A stretch of DNA of 64,000 nucleotides from Leucoraja ocellata (GCA_036785375.1 JAWMAR010000079.1:62001-126000), one strand, 5' to 3'. Shown: positions 1 through 12,619, counted from the stretch's first letter. Translations and numbers: made by a program. Notes: generated from the sequence alone by a model not told the origin.

Positions 1-48
1 GTTTTCTGAGTACAACAGGCTCCTTGGATTGAGTTCCTGCTTCCTCTT
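1..48 (-). CDS. TIPIN: TIPIN second coding exon (partial, runs off window start)
   Basis: Polypyrimidine tract and cag acceptor (AG at 50-49); phase 1 joins the previous exon to give (E)EEAGTQSKEPVVLRK. Confidence 0.8.
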
Positions 49-684
49 CTGGAGGAACAAAAAAAAACAAACAAATAAACAAGGCAGGTTACATTATCTA
101 GTAGCTGGTAATGTAATAGTCTGGAAAATCCTTAAGGATTCCAACCTACCAGAAAGATTGGTCCTCTTTTCAAAGGCAGTAGCAGTGCACAATTTGCCTG
201 CTACGACCAGTTTGTTTCCTACACGAAGTCTGTTTCCTCACCACTGCTACCTCACACCATTACTTACCACAAATCTTGGAATTCATAGGCCCAGAATCCC
301 AATTGAACACTGCTCAAGTGATGACAAAATGCACCTTGCTTGCCATATGATAGCACTGTACAAGGGCAGCAGATACCCATTTACATCACTTCAGAGCAAA
401 AAATGTTCACGTGCATGCAGTGAATAAAGTTCCCAAACTACATCCTGAACTCAAATTCTAAATTCCTTTGCAAGGTGCACAAAACTTCAGAAAACGTGAC
501 ATTCTAGTCAACTCTATGACATTACCCAGAATAATCAGGAAAAAGATTACCCTGGGAGAACCCAAATAGTCACTTCAAAGATGGAAAAACTTTAAGGTAT
601 TGTAAAAATATTCTACCCGAATTCATATTTAAATAAATGTATTACTCTTCCAAAGCCACGTTCAATTTTAAACACATGACTCAC

Positions 685-817
685 CACCATCAGCTAAAGC
701 TTCACCATATCCCAGTTGGCCAGGTGATGATGGAGGAGGAAGCGGTGGAAAGATTTCATCTTCTAACTCATCATTGTCACGGATACCAAACAAACCATTT
801 TCCAAAGGATCATTCAT
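685..817 (-). CDS. TIPIN: TIPIN (TIMELESS-interacting protein) first coding exon; exon 838-685
   Basis: [44 protein letters not shown] resembles the vertebrate TIPIN N-terminus (LE.ENG...EDE.FPP.PPP.SP); tttgcag acceptor at 840-839, G|gtgagt donor at 684; divergent from MAP2K1 as in other vertebrates. Confidence 0.9.
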
Positions 818-1269
818 TATTGCAACTTGTCCTTTCCTCTGCAAATAAAATATAAGTCAAGTTGGCAAAGTGAAAAATAGAGTAAAAAAAACACTCTGTT
901 AGAGAGCAAGGACAAACTGACACGTAATCAAACATGTCAGTTAATCTAATGGTCTGGACACTTCTCAAGTGTTTCCCCGACATCAGCCTAATATAATTGT
1001 GGAACAAGAAACTGCAGATACTGGAATTATAAGCAGAACACAAAGAACTGGAGGTCAGGCAGAATCTGTGGAGGGAACAGACAGAAGATGTTTTGGGCCA
1101 GGACCCGTCTTCAGACTGATTCAAGACTAATAAAATTATGGTCACTAGTGCCAAAATGCTCCCCCACTCACACTTCTAACTGCAAATTAATTCTATTCAG
1201 AGGAATCTAGGTGTTCTAAGGGATTAATCATAAAATAAACTGGCAGTTAAATCTAACAAGTACGGTAGT

Positions 1270-1820
1270 TAAGGCGACAAAAGACATTCACTTTATTACA
1301 AAGCGATTGGAATTTAAGAATAGGCAGGCTTTGTTGCAATTCTACAGGGTGTTGTTGACACTATACTCACTATCCTATATACAGCTTTAGTCCCCTTAGC
1401 TAAAAAAGGATATAGTAATATGGAAGACAGTCCAAAAGAGATTTACCCAGCAAATTCCTATCAGAAGCACTGGGCAGTTTAGTTTACTCCAGATGAAGGA
1501 TCTTAATCCAAACCCTCAACTGTCCATTTCCCTCCACAGATGCTGCCTGGCCCACCAAAGTCCATCAGCAGTTCCCTTTCTGGTTTTATATTCCTTATTA
1601 GAGTTCAAAGTAATGAACAATTACCTTATTCAGCCATAAGATCTTAAGAAAATGTGACAGAGAAGATGTTTACATATTTTCATTAGTGGGGAAACAAGGC
1701 AAAATGGGATGTAGGTACAAAAAATGATAGTGGTTATTTAAAACTGAGATGTGTAGAAATTTCTTCTCTCAGAGCATTGGGAATCTCTCAAATTCTCCAA
1801 TCTTCCAAGAGTATTGGAGG
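1270..1820 (+). mobile_element. Degenerate CR1-type LINE 3' fragment interrupted by a Penelope-type repeat (~1485-1580)
   Basis: Decayed CR1 ORF2 C-terminal signatures; resembles better-preserved copies at 25565-26145 and 18881-19370. Confidence 0.55.
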
Positions 1821-3019
1821 CCAAATCTACCCTGTATTTACATCTTTCTACAAAATAGAGAGAAAGAGATATCTACCTACATCTTTCTGCAAGATAGAAC
1901 AATATATCTACCCACATCTTTCTACATGATAGATAGAAAGATATATCCACCTACACCGGGCTCTATCCATCTTGCTCTCTCTCCTACCCACATCTGTCTG
2001 CACCTTTTATATCTTTTGCTATCAGTATCTTACCTTTCCTGACTTTCTATCTTACATATGTATTTAAAATAGAGAGGCAAATATTTAAAAGATCGAGAAA
2101 TTGAGGGTTATGAAGAACTAGCACAGAAGAGTTGAGGATAGCTTAGATCAGCCACAATCATATTGCATTCAAGGCCAGAAGGGCCCACTCCTACTCCGAT
2201 TTTCTTGTATTTGTGTGCATCTCATAATTATAATCCCTTTTCATTCATTCCTATTGCTCATCCCACCATGGCCCATTAGAACAAAGCTATTTACAAATAA
2301 GAGAATGGCCATTCATGTACTCATTAAATGTTTCCAAGCCGGACCAAGTTTGCTACGACTAAGACAATAACCAAAGAGCAGCCTTGATTGCTTTCCATCA
2401 CTTGGGTTATTTCTCCAAGCAATTCCACACAATAATCTTTAATAGTAACCTTTTCAATATTAGCCTCAATTCCTACTCCCTCCTCACCACTCCCAGCGAG
2501 TAACATTTCCAGATATGCTCTGCAAAGATGGCAAAGTATAAGCAGAGAACTCAAACTAATATTTCTTCTTTAAATGCGGCACACATTTTTTGAAATAATA
2601 TGTCTGTAAACAGAAACTCAATAATCAGGGCCTGCAAGTTAAGAGGATGATTCCACATCTTTATTGCTAGTATCTAGAATACATTTATTTTTCAATCATA
2701 TCAAACCAAGTAAAATCTATTTTTCAAATGATATATCACAGGTTTAAAAAAATCAAAATAAGCCCTGGAATCGCAAGGTCCTCATTGACACATCCAATAC
2801 TGATAGGCTTGCAACACACTTCGCAATCATAGTTCAGGAACTCAAACATTTGGCTTTGTTGTTGCCATGCTGAGTGAGACACACAGGTTTAAGATAGCCA
2901 GTGTAAAGAACAAGGTGGATGCACCCTTTTCTGGTGCTGAAAATGGGAAGATGAATGCAGCTTTCAGTGTGGTTCAACATAGAATAAACTACACTCTACT
3001 TGAAGCGCTGTTGTGCAAC

Positions 3020-3365
3020 CAATTTAGCGGGTAGACAGTGAAAAAGATTCAAGAACATGATCAAAACCTCTGAAAAGCGTGCAACATTCCCATCTCCCGG
3101 GAATCCCTGGCCCATGACAGTTCGAAATGGAGGACGGAACATTCAGATCTTGATGGAATGCTTCAAGAACACATGGACGTCCTATATGTAACAAACCAGT
3201 GTGCAAATTACCCAGCCACCTGCCCTGGCAGACTATTCATGTCCCACCTGTGGAAGATTCTGCAGCTCTCACAATTGCTCATCAGCCAGCTCAGAACCTA
3301 CAACAGCAACAAAAATGTAATAGAAACAAGTCATCCTCATTTTCATGGGGCTGCTCAAAGAGGAA
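3020..3365 (+). mobile_element. RTE-clade LINE 3' end fragment
   Basis: Frameshifted remnants resembling GGQxKRFKDxxKxSLKxCNI..LAxDxSxWR and a terminal CPxCxRxC..SH zinc finger. Confidence 0.6.
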
Positions 3366-4439
3366 TGAAAACATGAAAAAAAACTACAATTACCTGGCTC
3401 TTTTAGTAGTGTTGGGATATTTTACTACATTTCGGGGTTATTTACATATTGCATACAAGTAATTGGTGCAAGAAAATATTCTAGATTACTTCATGGCTGT
3501 GTTATAAAATAAAAGAAAAAAAATCAGGACTGTGCCACACACATCTTATCACACATGGCCAAACAGATGGTTAAAAGAACCAAATGTTAAAAACAATTGA
3601 GGCAATTTCAGAAAGCTAGTTGCAAGCATCTATGGGCATGGCCAAAAGATGCAGAAGGCCAGAATTAGAAACACAGAAATCTTGAATGACTGTGCTGTTG
3701 GATAAACACGAGGTAACTTAGTTATGCTCTTTCATTAGATCAGGCTAATAAAGCAAAAGCAGAATTTAAAAAAAGTCAAAGCAGCCCCAAACAAATAAAT
3801 GACAACTGCTGTAAGAAATATGGAACACAACAACAAAATACTTTGTTTTACACAAGTATCACATTAAAGTTTTCATGAAAGTTAAATTACTGGAAAATGA
3901 AAGGTAATGATGTGATGAAATGAAACAACGCTTTATGGATAAGTTGTCTATCGGTCATCAATACAAAACTGTTCAAAATATTCAGTCAGGAAGGAGACCT
4001 CTCAGCCCACTACTGTCGGGGTGGGTGGGGGGAGGATGGCAGATGGACGGATAGAGATGGTAAGATCTGTAGCCACTTGTGCCGCAATTCCGGTCACAAA
4101 TAGGCAACACAGCAGAAATGGGCTGCTGTTGGACAAAGAACGCGAACTACCTACAGTTGTGAAGTTACACCATAAGCAGCGAAGACTTCTTTATACCCAG
4201 ATGGAAGATGAGGTTCTGCCTCGACTTCCCTCTTAGAAAGGAACTGGCAGACCACCACAACGTGGGGCCAAAAGCAAGCTCACCGCCTCTCTAACCTTCT
4301 GCTATAAATCCCTGCACCGCCAAACTACAATCTTCCCCCGACACACTTTCTCACAACACCCTCACAAAGTTATTAGGCTGAAATGAAAGGAAATTTACTA
4401 TGAGAGACATTTCTCCGGAAAACTGGGAGACCACAATAT

Positions 4440-4650
4440 TTTAATGCACAAGTCAGCTACTTTTCCCCCTCCCCTCGACATCTTTAAACGGTTCACGGCC
4501 TCACCCGGTTTCCGGGACTTTAAGTTTAACGCCGCCGCGGAAAACCTTCACTTTCCTCTCAACAACCAAAGCGCGCCTTCTGCAGGCGGCCAATCAGAGC
4601 CCACGATCGTCCTTACCGTAGGACGCAGCCAATAAGGTTGAACGTTACAT
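4440..4650 (-). promoter_or_regulatory. TIPIN: TIPIN promoter / non-coding exon 1 region
   Basis: Local CpG enrichment; CCAAT boxes at ~4590 and ~4629; E2F-like TTTTCCGCGG (minus, ~4535-4544); ETS-like TTCCGG at ~4510; candidate donor G|gtgagg at 4504. Confidence 0.6.
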
Positions 4651-4742
4651 AAATGAACAAGAAGGAGAAGAATCGCTTTGTGAACTAAATCTGAGGTCTA
4701 TGAACTTTGCTGTGACCTTCTCAACCGATGAATTCCCACCAA

Positions 4743-5195
4743 GTCCTCCTCACACACCTCCATGTCAGGCCTCTCCTCACACACCTCAATGTCAGGCCTC
4801 TCCTCACTCACCTCCATGTCAGGCCTCTCACACACCTCCACGTCAGGCCTCTCACACATCTCCATGTCAGGCCTCTCACACACCTCCATGTCAGGCCTCT
4901 CACACACCTCCATGTCAGGCCTCTCACACACCTCCATGTCAGGCCTCTCACACACCTCCACGTCAGGCCTCTCACACACCCCCATGTCAGGCCTCTCACA
5001 AACCTCCATGTCAGGCCTCTACTCACTCACCTCCACGCCAGGTCTCTCACACACCTCCATATCAGGCCTCTCCTCACTCACCTCCATGTCAGGCCTCTCC
5101 TCACTCACCTCCATGTCAGGCCTCTCCTCACACACCGCCATGTCAGGCTTCTCCTCACTCACCTCCATGTCAGGCTTCTCCTCACTCACCTCAAT
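4743..5195. repeat. Minisatellite, ~17 units of 24 bp (CACACCTCCATGTCAGGCCTCTCA) or 27 bp
   Basis: Tandem units visible directly; they generate periodic ORFs on both strands. Confidence 0.95.
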
Positions 5196-5327
5196 GGACG
5201 GCAAGTTTGATCCACTTCCTTTCCGAGCTTCCTACTTTTTTTAGTAGTTCTATTTATTACACATGAGCTTTATTCTTTCTATTTTACATTTTATTGATTG
5301 TGTAATATCTGTCAACTTATAATAGTA

Positions 5328-5522
5328 GATAGACACAAAAAGCTGGAGTAACTCAGCGGGACAGGCAGCATCACTGCAGACGTTTCGGGTCGAGATTCGA
5401 GACTCGATCCTCTCCAGAGATGCTGCCTGTCCCGCTGAGTTACTCCAGCTTTTTGTGTCTACGGTTTAAACCAAAGAGCCTATATCTTTGGTTTAAACTA
5501 GTATCTGCAGTACCTTCCAACA
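5328..5522. mobile_element. Fold-back Penelope-type non-autonomous element
   Basis: Inverted arms AGACACAAAAAGCTGGAGTAACTCAGCGGGACAGGCAGCATC / complement; flanking near-duplicate CAACTTATAATAGTA (5313-5327) vs CAACTTATATGAGTA (5523-5537). Confidence 0.75.
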
Positions 5523-5601
5523 CAACTTATATGAGTAACTCTCTTCACCTGGCTCCATCTGTTTTTTTTCCCTGCCTCTGTTTGTCAGTCACCTGCCTCT
5601 A

Positions 5602-6660
5602 TAGGGTTGTCAACTGTCCCGTGTTAGCCAGGACATCCCATATATTGGGCTAAATTGGTTTGTCCCATATGTAGCAATGTTACAAATTTTGGAGATTTAA
5701 AAAATCAAGTCTGCAATTTATCCCATCAGATAAAGCATAAAAGGAAGTTTAATTTGACACCGAATTCACTTTCATATCTTCAGTATTAAAAAAGTTATGG
5801 CCATTTTCATACTCGGAAATTAGCATTTTGTTCCCTATTGCTTTTCCATTGACTTAACACAAAAGCTGTGATCAAGGACAATCAAAAGCCCATAACTTTC
5901 TTAAAAATTAAGAGAACTGAAAGAAATGTTCAGTTATTGTAGATTGAAGCATTCTGAAACAAATATTAAACAATCTTACTTGGATGACCTGAAATTAAAG
6001 CATATAATTAGTTAGTTATCCAATTGTAGCTAATTACAAAATGCAATTACTAGATCTAAACATCTATCCATTTCTTAAGAAAAGATTAACATTTTAAAAT
6101 AGCTTAAGTGTCCAAATAACATTCACACAAGAATTCACAATATAACATGATTTTTAAATCTCATTGTTATTAATTTATAGGCCAAATGGAAGGAATTTAT
6201 TTAGTGTTTAATTCCTGTAAATTAATGGCCATTTAAATCATCTTGCAAGTGGGATTTTGTGGAACACGATGGTTTGGAACGTTGCGGTTGAAGTGAATTT
6301 GAACCCCATGTCGGCAGGAAAAATACTGCCGGTTCGGATGGGCCCCAAGTCACCTTCTCGCAACTTAAAATTTTGATTAAAGGCGTCTTAAGAAGCACTA
6401 TTTTATGTAAAAATAAACGGCGTACCTTGCCTTGTCCCCTACGTGAGATCCGTCCCATTGTCAGCGTTCACGGTTTTAGAAGATGATTTTTAATTTACTC
6501 TAACAATTAAATTATCCAGCGATGTTAAAAAATAACTGCAGAGAACGAATGTCGGAACGATTTTTCTTTAACAACTAAACAGGCTGACCAACATCGATTT
6601 GAACAGCCTGGAGAAAACGGCATTTTAAACCCGCCCCCCTCTCAAAGGCGCCAAAAAGGA
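5602..6660. mobile_element. Probable DNA-transposon-derived repeats (composite, unclassified)
   Basis: Begins with TIR-like TAGGGTTGTCAACTGTCCC; AT-rich body followed by an unusually CpG-rich part; no coding signal. Confidence 0.35.
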
Positions 6661-6689
6661 ATTCATGAGTCAGTTGGGATTTTTATTTC

Positions 6690-7180
6690 ACCAAGTGTTT
6701 GAGAATCTCCTTGAAGTGTTTCCCCTGTCTTCCAGGTAACATTTTACTGTGGTTGAACTTGGAGTTGGATGTTTTGGGAGTCTGTGAATTATGTCATTTC
6801 TCCATTTAAACCAGCTGTGTGGAATACGTACCACAATGCTTGGAGATGTTAGTCTGGGCAAGGACACATATTTGTTCACATCCTATCAGTGGATTTTGAG
6901 GGTGTCTGCAATAATAGAATAGATGGCCAGTGCCATAGGTTTTCTCCATCTATAAAGCATTCAGAAGGGTAGATATCGCCACTGCCTAGTGTTTGATGCT
7001 CAGCTAGAGTACTTGATCTTTAAGCACTCTTTTCCTCAAATGGGTAAAATCTGTGCTGGCACACTAGAGACAGTGGTGATTTCTGTTTTCACCGAGAGAT
7101 GCCTCGATGTTCCAATGTGCTTAGTGAGTGTGTTACCAGACAACCCTCTTTAGGAGATACCAAATGTGGATTACTGTAGA
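6690..7180 (-). mobile_element. RTE-clade LINE fragment
   Basis: Minus-strand remnants QL..KW....HRLPK...HSKMLPGRQGKHFKEILK resemble the RTE C-terminal QLRWxGHVxR..RLPK..GxRxxGxQxKRFKDxLK motif. Confidence 0.5.
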
Positions 7181-7255
7181 TATTGCTGAAAGAAAAGTTC
7201 AACAGAGAAAGGGGAGCAGGAGATGGGTGCTATCTATAACTGCTCCACTTTATTG

Positions 7256-7355
7256 AGTCTGAAGCAGGGTCTCGACCCGAAATGTCACCCATTCCTTCTC
7301 TCCAGAAATGCTGCCTGACCCGCTGAGTTACTCCACCTTTTTGTGTTTATATCTA
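7256..7355 (+). mobile_element. Penelope-type repeat with hammerhead-like motif
   Basis: CTGAAGCAGGGTCTCGACCCGAAATGTC...GCTGAGTTACTCCA; ACTTTATTG repeated on both sides. Confidence 0.7.
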
Positions 7356-7949
7356 CTTTATTGTCTCCATTGTATTTATCATTCCTAGTTTTGATGCTGA
7401 AGCAAAATTAATAATATTTTCTTTTCTTCCTCTATACTGCTTCTGAATGCAATTGTTATCAGCCCATGCATTTTTATTATTTTCAGGCCCTGTGGCCGTG
7501 GATGTAAAATGTTTTACAGATTTATTGGAATTAGAAACTGTCTGACCAACTTTTATTTCTCATTTATCAGTAAAAGATTGCTGCATCATTGTAACGTCAC
7601 AATGCTTCAAAAGTAACCTTGTCCCAATTAATCTGTTCAGATATAAAATAAAACAGTGCCAATCTTAAATAAAATAGAAAAGGCTGGAAATCAGCCCAGC
7701 TATCACCTCTTTCCATCATGAGTATTGAATGACAGCTTTTGTCTTAATTAGTTGAAGTGGATTTCATGGCACTAAATGGCATATAAATTAGTTTGGAAAG
7801 GATTGAATCTAAAGAAAAGTAAGCTGATAAAAGTAGACACATTTTCTTTGAAATTATTTAAAAATATACATTTAGAATTAATTATTAAATATAATAAACA
7901 AAATATGGGAATTAAAGGAATGTTTTCAGCACTAATTCATTAAATTAAA

Positions 7950-8178
7950 CATTTTAGCGGTCTGAGAAACGACTACTGGAGTTTTCAATGTAACTTTATT
8001 CGAAAGATCACGTTGCAGCATACAGGTTAATCAGACACGTCTGGCCACATCAATCGCTGAACTGCCGCGCGCAAAGGAAAAACCGCGTGAAAACAACAGC
8101 CCCTCCCTAGTCCGCGTGACCGCGGCTTCCAAACGCCGGGTTCGATATCTGCGTGCGCTAGCAGGCGCCGCTATAACA
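7950..8178 (-). mobile_element. Possible solo LTR (CpG-rich, ~230 bp)
   Basis: Minus strand starts TGTTATAGCGG, has an internal AATAAA and ends CCGCTAAAA (short imperfect terminal inverted repeat); embedded in AT-rich DNA. Confidence 0.4.
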
Positions 8179-8271
8179 TAATTAAAATTGGAAGAGATTT
8201 GGGAGGAAAGAAATTAATAACATTTGTGCACCACTTGGGTAGGTATAAATAGAGTAAATAGGACTGAATTA

Positions 8272-8570
8272 ATAGTTTGGAGATACAGCGCAGAAACAGG
8301 CCCATTGGCTCACCAAATCCATGCCAACCAGTGATCCCCACATATTAACACTATCCTACACACAAGGAATAATTTACAATTTTACCAAGCCAATTAACCT
8401 ACAAACCTGCATGTCTTTGGAGTGTGGGAGGAAACCGGAGCTCCCAGGGAAAACCCACGCAGGTCACGGGGAGAACGTACAAACTCTGTACAGACAAGCA
8501 CCCGAGGTCCGGACCGAACGCGGGTCTCTGGCGCTGTAAGTCAGCAACTGTACCGCTACACCACCGTGCC
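8272..8570 (-). mobile_element. HE1-like tRNA-derived V-SINE
   Basis: tRNA-like head (GGCACGGTGGTGTAGCGG...GTTCGGTCC), V-domain GTTTGTACGTTCTCCCCGTGACCTGCGTGGGTTT..CCGGTTTCCTCCCACA, CR1-like tail GGGCCTGTTTC. Confidence 0.85.
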
Positions 8571-10649
8571 GTTGAGATTATGTTGTGAAGTATACATTTA
8601 GAAATACAAAGAGTTAGGAATCCAATGATGTTACAGTTGGATGACATTAAATCTGAGTCTCTTTCAATTTGAATTCATTCAATAAAATAGAAAGGGGTGA
8701 AACGTTTTTGCAAGCAGAAAGAGAAGCAAAGAGGAAGAAAAGGGCTACTTTTAATGTTGTTTCTGTCTCTTATACGCCTGGAGCAATTATTACTATTTTA
8801 ATAATAGGCAAGAGAAAAAATCCAAATGGTTGTGGTGGATCATTTGACAATTGTCACAACGAGAAGCTGGAAAAATATTAAATGAAAGCAGCGAACATGA
8901 GAGAGATGAATCCCAAGCTAAAATTAAAGCTACAAGTGATTGCTTTTGAAAGTTTGAAATTGTATTGTTAAAGAGGCTGCAGATTTATGTAAATTAATTA
9001 AAATGTTTCAGATCGTCAGCAGAAAACAGTTTATTTAAAGAGCAGTTATGAAATGCAATATTCAACCCTCAATTGATGCTTCTGTTTAATTTTAGTGCTA
9101 TGTATAAAAATAACTTTGCCTTTAGAGACAGTTACAATGGGAGGTTGTGTGGGGATTGTGACTGGAGGTTGATAGTGACAGCAATACCCCTGGAGACCGG
9201 AGAGCATTGAAAAGGAAGGAATAAATCTGTTACTTATTGATTTTTCATATGGTGACACTTTTATGGGTCACATGCATGTCTAAACTTGTGACGTAGGTTG
9301 TGTGCACAGTTGTAGGAGTTTTAAAAAGATAACTATAGATTATCTGCTTTACAGGGATAATAAGGTAGAAAGGAGATGGGCAGGAAGAATAGTGATCTTT
9401 TATTGGTGAACTCTGACATCTTGGCACAAACTGAGTGATAGGATGTCAACCATCCACTTTAATTTTGTCTGATTGGAAAGGAAATTTAGTTTTGTGTGAC
9501 ACTGCAGCTGATTTGCAATCACCCAGTTACTGCCCAAGGACCAATTCATCTCATCTATGCTACTTTTAGAATATAAAATTACAGGTTTAATTAGGTGTAT
9601 CCTCAGTGTATTGATTACTGAAACGTCCTGCGGAGTTTATTTTGATGCAAAAACTATTTATTTGAAAATTAACAAGCAATTTTGCTGATCTTCCAGGTCA
9701 GCATTCCCCAGGAGTTCAGAGAACAGCAGGTCACATTTCAATAAATTTGACTCATCCACTGATATCTGAACTTAGCCTGTTTCAAACTAAAACACTAGAA
9801 CAATACCATTGTTGCACAAAGCTGAGTGATAAATTATTAATTATGTTGGAGCAAAGAAATCCTTTTAAAACGTCGACGATTAGCCTGACCAATCTAGGCA
9901 AAATTCCAAACACTTATTCATTTTGTTTAACAGGACAGATGTATTCATTCTGTTTTCAAGCAGACCAGCAGAACTATCTATTTCAAACATTTTGATTGGG
10001 GCTAAATGCAAGCTGCTAACTCAGTCTGAAATTTTGGCAGATATGTTTTCACCAAATGTTTGTGCTGGTTCATTCTGATACAGATCCTGTACAATATGAT
10101 CTGGGTTTGTCTGTTATCATGCAACAACTGTCTCTATGCCAGGATTGATAATTAATCTTAAAACACAAACATGTTCAGTCTCAGAAAACCTGCCAGTGCT
10201 TGCCAGATTCCTCCCAGTGGCAGTTTGATATACTGAACATATGAATACTCCCTTAATGGATCAGGTTGCATTCATGAGCAATATCTCATTTGGAGAGAAT
10301 GTTTCTCAGATGGGATTCGAACTGTGCTCTGCTCAGTATGGAATAGCACTCTCCATTAAGCAAAACCTGCTAAAAGCATGGAAACATGGCGGACACTACG
10401 TGTGAATACATAGCTCTGAAGAAATGGTTTCTTCAACTTGTCAGAACTTTTAAAACAACTTGCATTAATGTAGCACCTGTAATTTAGTCAAATTGCAGCA
10501 GTTCTCTGGGGCAAATTACAGCGTGACCTCCCTCTCATTTGTACACTATGCGAACATGGAAATACATTGCCACTGCACGATCAAAGTGCTGCGACTGCCT
10601 AGGTTACAGGACCATGGTAGTACTACTCGTTTTCCCCCTCCCCTGACCC

Positions 10650-10780
10650 ACAGTATGATGAAGGGTCTTGTCCCGAATGGTCACCAATTCCTTTTCTCCA
10701 GAGATGCCGCATGATCTGCTGAGTTACTGAAGAATTCTGTGTCCATCTTCACTATAAACGAGCAACTACAGTTCCTTCTT
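10650..10780 (+). mobile_element. Penelope-type repeat (degenerate)
   Basis: TGATGAAGGGTCTTGTCCCGAATGGTCACC...GCTGAGTTACT, same family as 19737. Confidence 0.6.
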
Positions 10781-10789
10781 ACAAATAGA

Positions 10790-11110
10790 ACAGTATAGGA
10801 CAGGAACAGGCCCTTCACTCCACAATATCTGTGTTGATGCCAGGTTAAACTAATCTCTGCAGGCAATGGCCTATCAGACAGCCTCTGAAATGCCATCACA
10901 TCTGCCTCCACCACCACCCCAGGCAGCACGTTCTGAGTAAAATAACTTGCCCCACACATCATCTTAAAGCTATGCTCTCTGGATTTGGCTCCCTCAATTT
11001 CATCAAATTCCTCTCAGCCTTTGGGCAATCCTGGTAAATTTCTTCCGCATACTGTCTGCGCTCTCTCCAATGCTTGTCATCCTTCCCAAATTGTTGTGCC
11101 AAGAATTGAA
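10790..11110 (-). mobile_element. CR1 LINE 3' fragment
   Basis: Similar to the CR1 tail at 18881-19370 (ACAGGCCCTT, GCCTCCACCACC..GGCAG). Confidence 0.55.
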
Positions 11111-12619
11111 CACAGAGCAGCCCAACCAATTATTGATTTTGTACATTGTGGCTTTATTTATAAACCCGAAGATCAAATATACTCTACAGACAACCAAAGG
11201 ATTAGTTTATTTTGGCATCATGTTCGACACAGATATCGTATGCCGAGGGGCTTTTTCCTATAGAAACAAGGAACTGCAGATGATGGTTTACAAAAAAAAG
11301 ATAAAGTGGTGGAGTAACTCAGTGGATCAGACGGCCTGCTCCTGTGCTATGCATTGTTCTCTTCCTCTTTAACATGTTGCCTCTTGTCATTCTTTTGATC
11401 CAACTGTACAATTTCACACTTTTTAACGTTAAATTCTATCTGCCGTATGTAAACTCTTTGTTTAGTATAGAAATATTAATACTCTTAGTTTGATTTTGAG
11501 TCATCAGCAAATGTTAAAACCATGCCCTTTAAAGCCAACTACTGATCATTAATAAACACAAAAGGGCATGGTTCCCAGTCTGATCCTCCCCTTTCCTGCC
11601 ATTATCAGTCTTGATGGGAGCAGGTTTACAGCACCCTTGGCTGGGAAATAGCATGTTCTTGAGTATCTGGTTTGTTAGTAAGAGGGCCTTAAAGTTATAT
11701 AATAGGTTGAGGAGCACTTAATAATAATGTTTCTAAGTGAAGCTTATTCCAGGGGCGATAATTCCAGGCACAAACAATGCCTGTATAATCAATCAAAGTA
11801 GTGTCAAAGTACAAGAATCATTGAGTGTTAATGTTTTGGTTGCCATAGTTACCCAAGCACACTGCAGCAGTAGGAGAGTAAAGTGCTATTTATTATCAGT
11901 GACAACCGCTGTGTTTTTGTGAAATATTAATCTATTCTCTTTGTGCCTATACCACTGTTTATTTTAATGTATTCCCAGGGAATAGGAATCAGTTGTATCG
12001 CTTACTTGTTTTTAAATGTTATCATCTCCTCAGCTATAGACATCTCTCTCTTTTGCTCAGGCTCTCAGATCACCCACAGAATCTTTATCCAAATTCTGAT
12101 GCCCATATCTAGTACTCAGTCGTGTTTGCCCATTGACCTTCTGCTTGTCTCCTAATCCAGCAATGTCTTCGATTAAAGTTCTCATGCCTTGTTCAAATCT
12201 CTCTGGCTGGAGCTCGCCTTTTCTCCATGACATCCTGTAATTCTACACCCCGTCAAGATCCCAACACCTTTCTCTTTGTGATTTCTTCTGCAACCATTAA
12301 TGATTTTAGTTACCGTTGGTGGCCAAACCTTCAGTTGTCTTGGCCATTTGTAATTTTTTTAAAATTTTGTTCATGGTTTTATTGGAGCCAGTTATAGTTC
12401 TAAACTGAATGTACATTTTTAATGCACTTTATAAGCCCCATTTTTTGTCTCAGGTTGACATTCACTAGCACAAAATATAATCATCAACAATACTTGTTAC
12501 TTGTTCCTGTAGATTGGAATCCCCATTGCGAGACCGACTGATGTCTGCTGTTGGAATTTGCAAGGTTGAAGAATATCCTAACTCCACAGCAGCACCATGT
12601 TGCGGTAAATGATAGCGGG

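Noticed and set aside
2324-2554. 76-aa minus-strand ORF with an upstream ttgcag in TIPIN intron 1
   Set aside because: No recognisable homology or convincing donor; likely chance or decayed repeat
4743-5195. CRISPR-like periodicity
   Set aside because: Units are directly tandem with no unique spacers; vertebrate DNA with no cas genes
4698-5266. Long repetitive ORFs (188 aa, 160 aa and others) on both strands
   Set aside because: By-product of a stop-free minisatellite with unit lengths divisible by 3; no splice or homology support
8500-8570. tRNA-like sequence with A/B boxes
   Set aside because: It is the head of an HE1-type SINE, not a tRNA gene
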